From Malacoraja senta (lineage: Eukaryota), in the NCBI GenBank assembly GCA_038087875.1, contig CM075988.1:11844001-11908000 (forward strand): a stretch of DNA of 64,000 nucleotides, read 5' to 3'. Shown here in pieces: positions 63,267 through 64,000 of this stretch (position 1 is its first letter; each line of letters starts with the position of its first letter). Below the pieces are notes generated by a model that made no database searches, was not told the origin of the DNA, and saw only the letters and a program-made list of their open reading frames with translations. The position numbers and the translations under genes are program-made.

Positions 63267-64000
63267 AGACATATATTTCTTCAGACATATATTATTGTTT
63301 GCAACGGGTACAACTGAAGATTACCCAGTAAACTTGCAAATGGAGAATTGTTAATATTGTAGTACAAAAGACGGGAGTTAAAAAAACACGATTACAATGC
63401 AGGTGGAAGGGAGGTTGGTATCACTGAAAGTTAATAGGTCATTTGGTCTTGATGGGTTTCATCCTTCTCTGCTGAATAAAGCTGAGTTGTGCGTTGTAGA
63501 ACCTGTGACCACAATTGCTTCTTGGATGTGATGGTGTTTCAAGTTAAGAAGTTATTAAGTCATTCGTAACTTTGAGAAGTTTGAGCTCACTCGAACATAA
63601 ACCCAATCAGTTTAGGAAAGGCAAATTGACAAGAACAAAATTAACTCTAACATGGAGAAGTGTAAGGTAGTAACAAACAATCAGCATTCTTTATGCTAAA
63701 AGGCCAATTGAGATGGACAAGATTGATTTGACGAGGTGGTTGCTATAAACTGAGACAACAGATATTGAGTTAATGGATTTTTAAAAAGTATTTGGTAAAG
63801 TACCAGCCAATTGACAGACTTGACAGACGAATTAGTGGTAATTCAGGGACAAAGCTCATATAAAAGGGCCTAATTTGCATAATAATGCCAATAATTTATG
63901 TGGAATTTTAGCATAGTGCAACATATAAGTTGTGATAGACACAAAGTGCTGGAGTAATTCAACGAGACAAGCAGTATCTCTGGAGAGAAGGAGTGGATGA

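Noticed and set aside
1503..64000. Recurrent gctggagtaactcagc...gcagcatctctggag motif as a CRISPR array or terminators
   Set aside because: Copies are dispersed, irregularly spaced, in both orientations, and continuous with GIY-YIG coding remnants; the context is eukaryotic with no cas genes.

Overview
Eukaryotic, AT-rich, repeat-dense DNA with no host gene I can identify; it is intergenic or deep intronic. The repeat inventory (HE1/V-SINE-type tRNA SINEs with CR1-type tails, many CR1 fragments, Rex1/Babar and L2 tails, Deu-domain SINE relics, Penelope-like elements) points to a cartilaginous fish, probably a skate or ray (inference). The only convincing protein-coding segments are transposon-derived: a young 5'-truncated CR1 ORF2 RT (22641-23747) and Neptune-type Penelope RT-thumb/GIY-YIG remnants (58599-59750, 38251-38939). 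The most interesting signal is roughly 25-30 short Penelope-tail units carrying a minimal hammerhead-ribozyme-like core (CTGAAGA-A-GGGT-YTCG-RCCC-GAAA-CG-TH). They occur as TSD-flanked monomers, head-to-head hairpins and one tandem dimer, and their 5' ends and inversion centres fall repeatedly at the 5' edge of that core. Also present: locally templated duplications, a CpG-rich Harbinger-like MITE, two CpG-rich non-autonomous retroposons, and weak exon and enhancer candidates. Family names come from motif recognition by eye, with no database search, and boundaries of old repeats are approximate.
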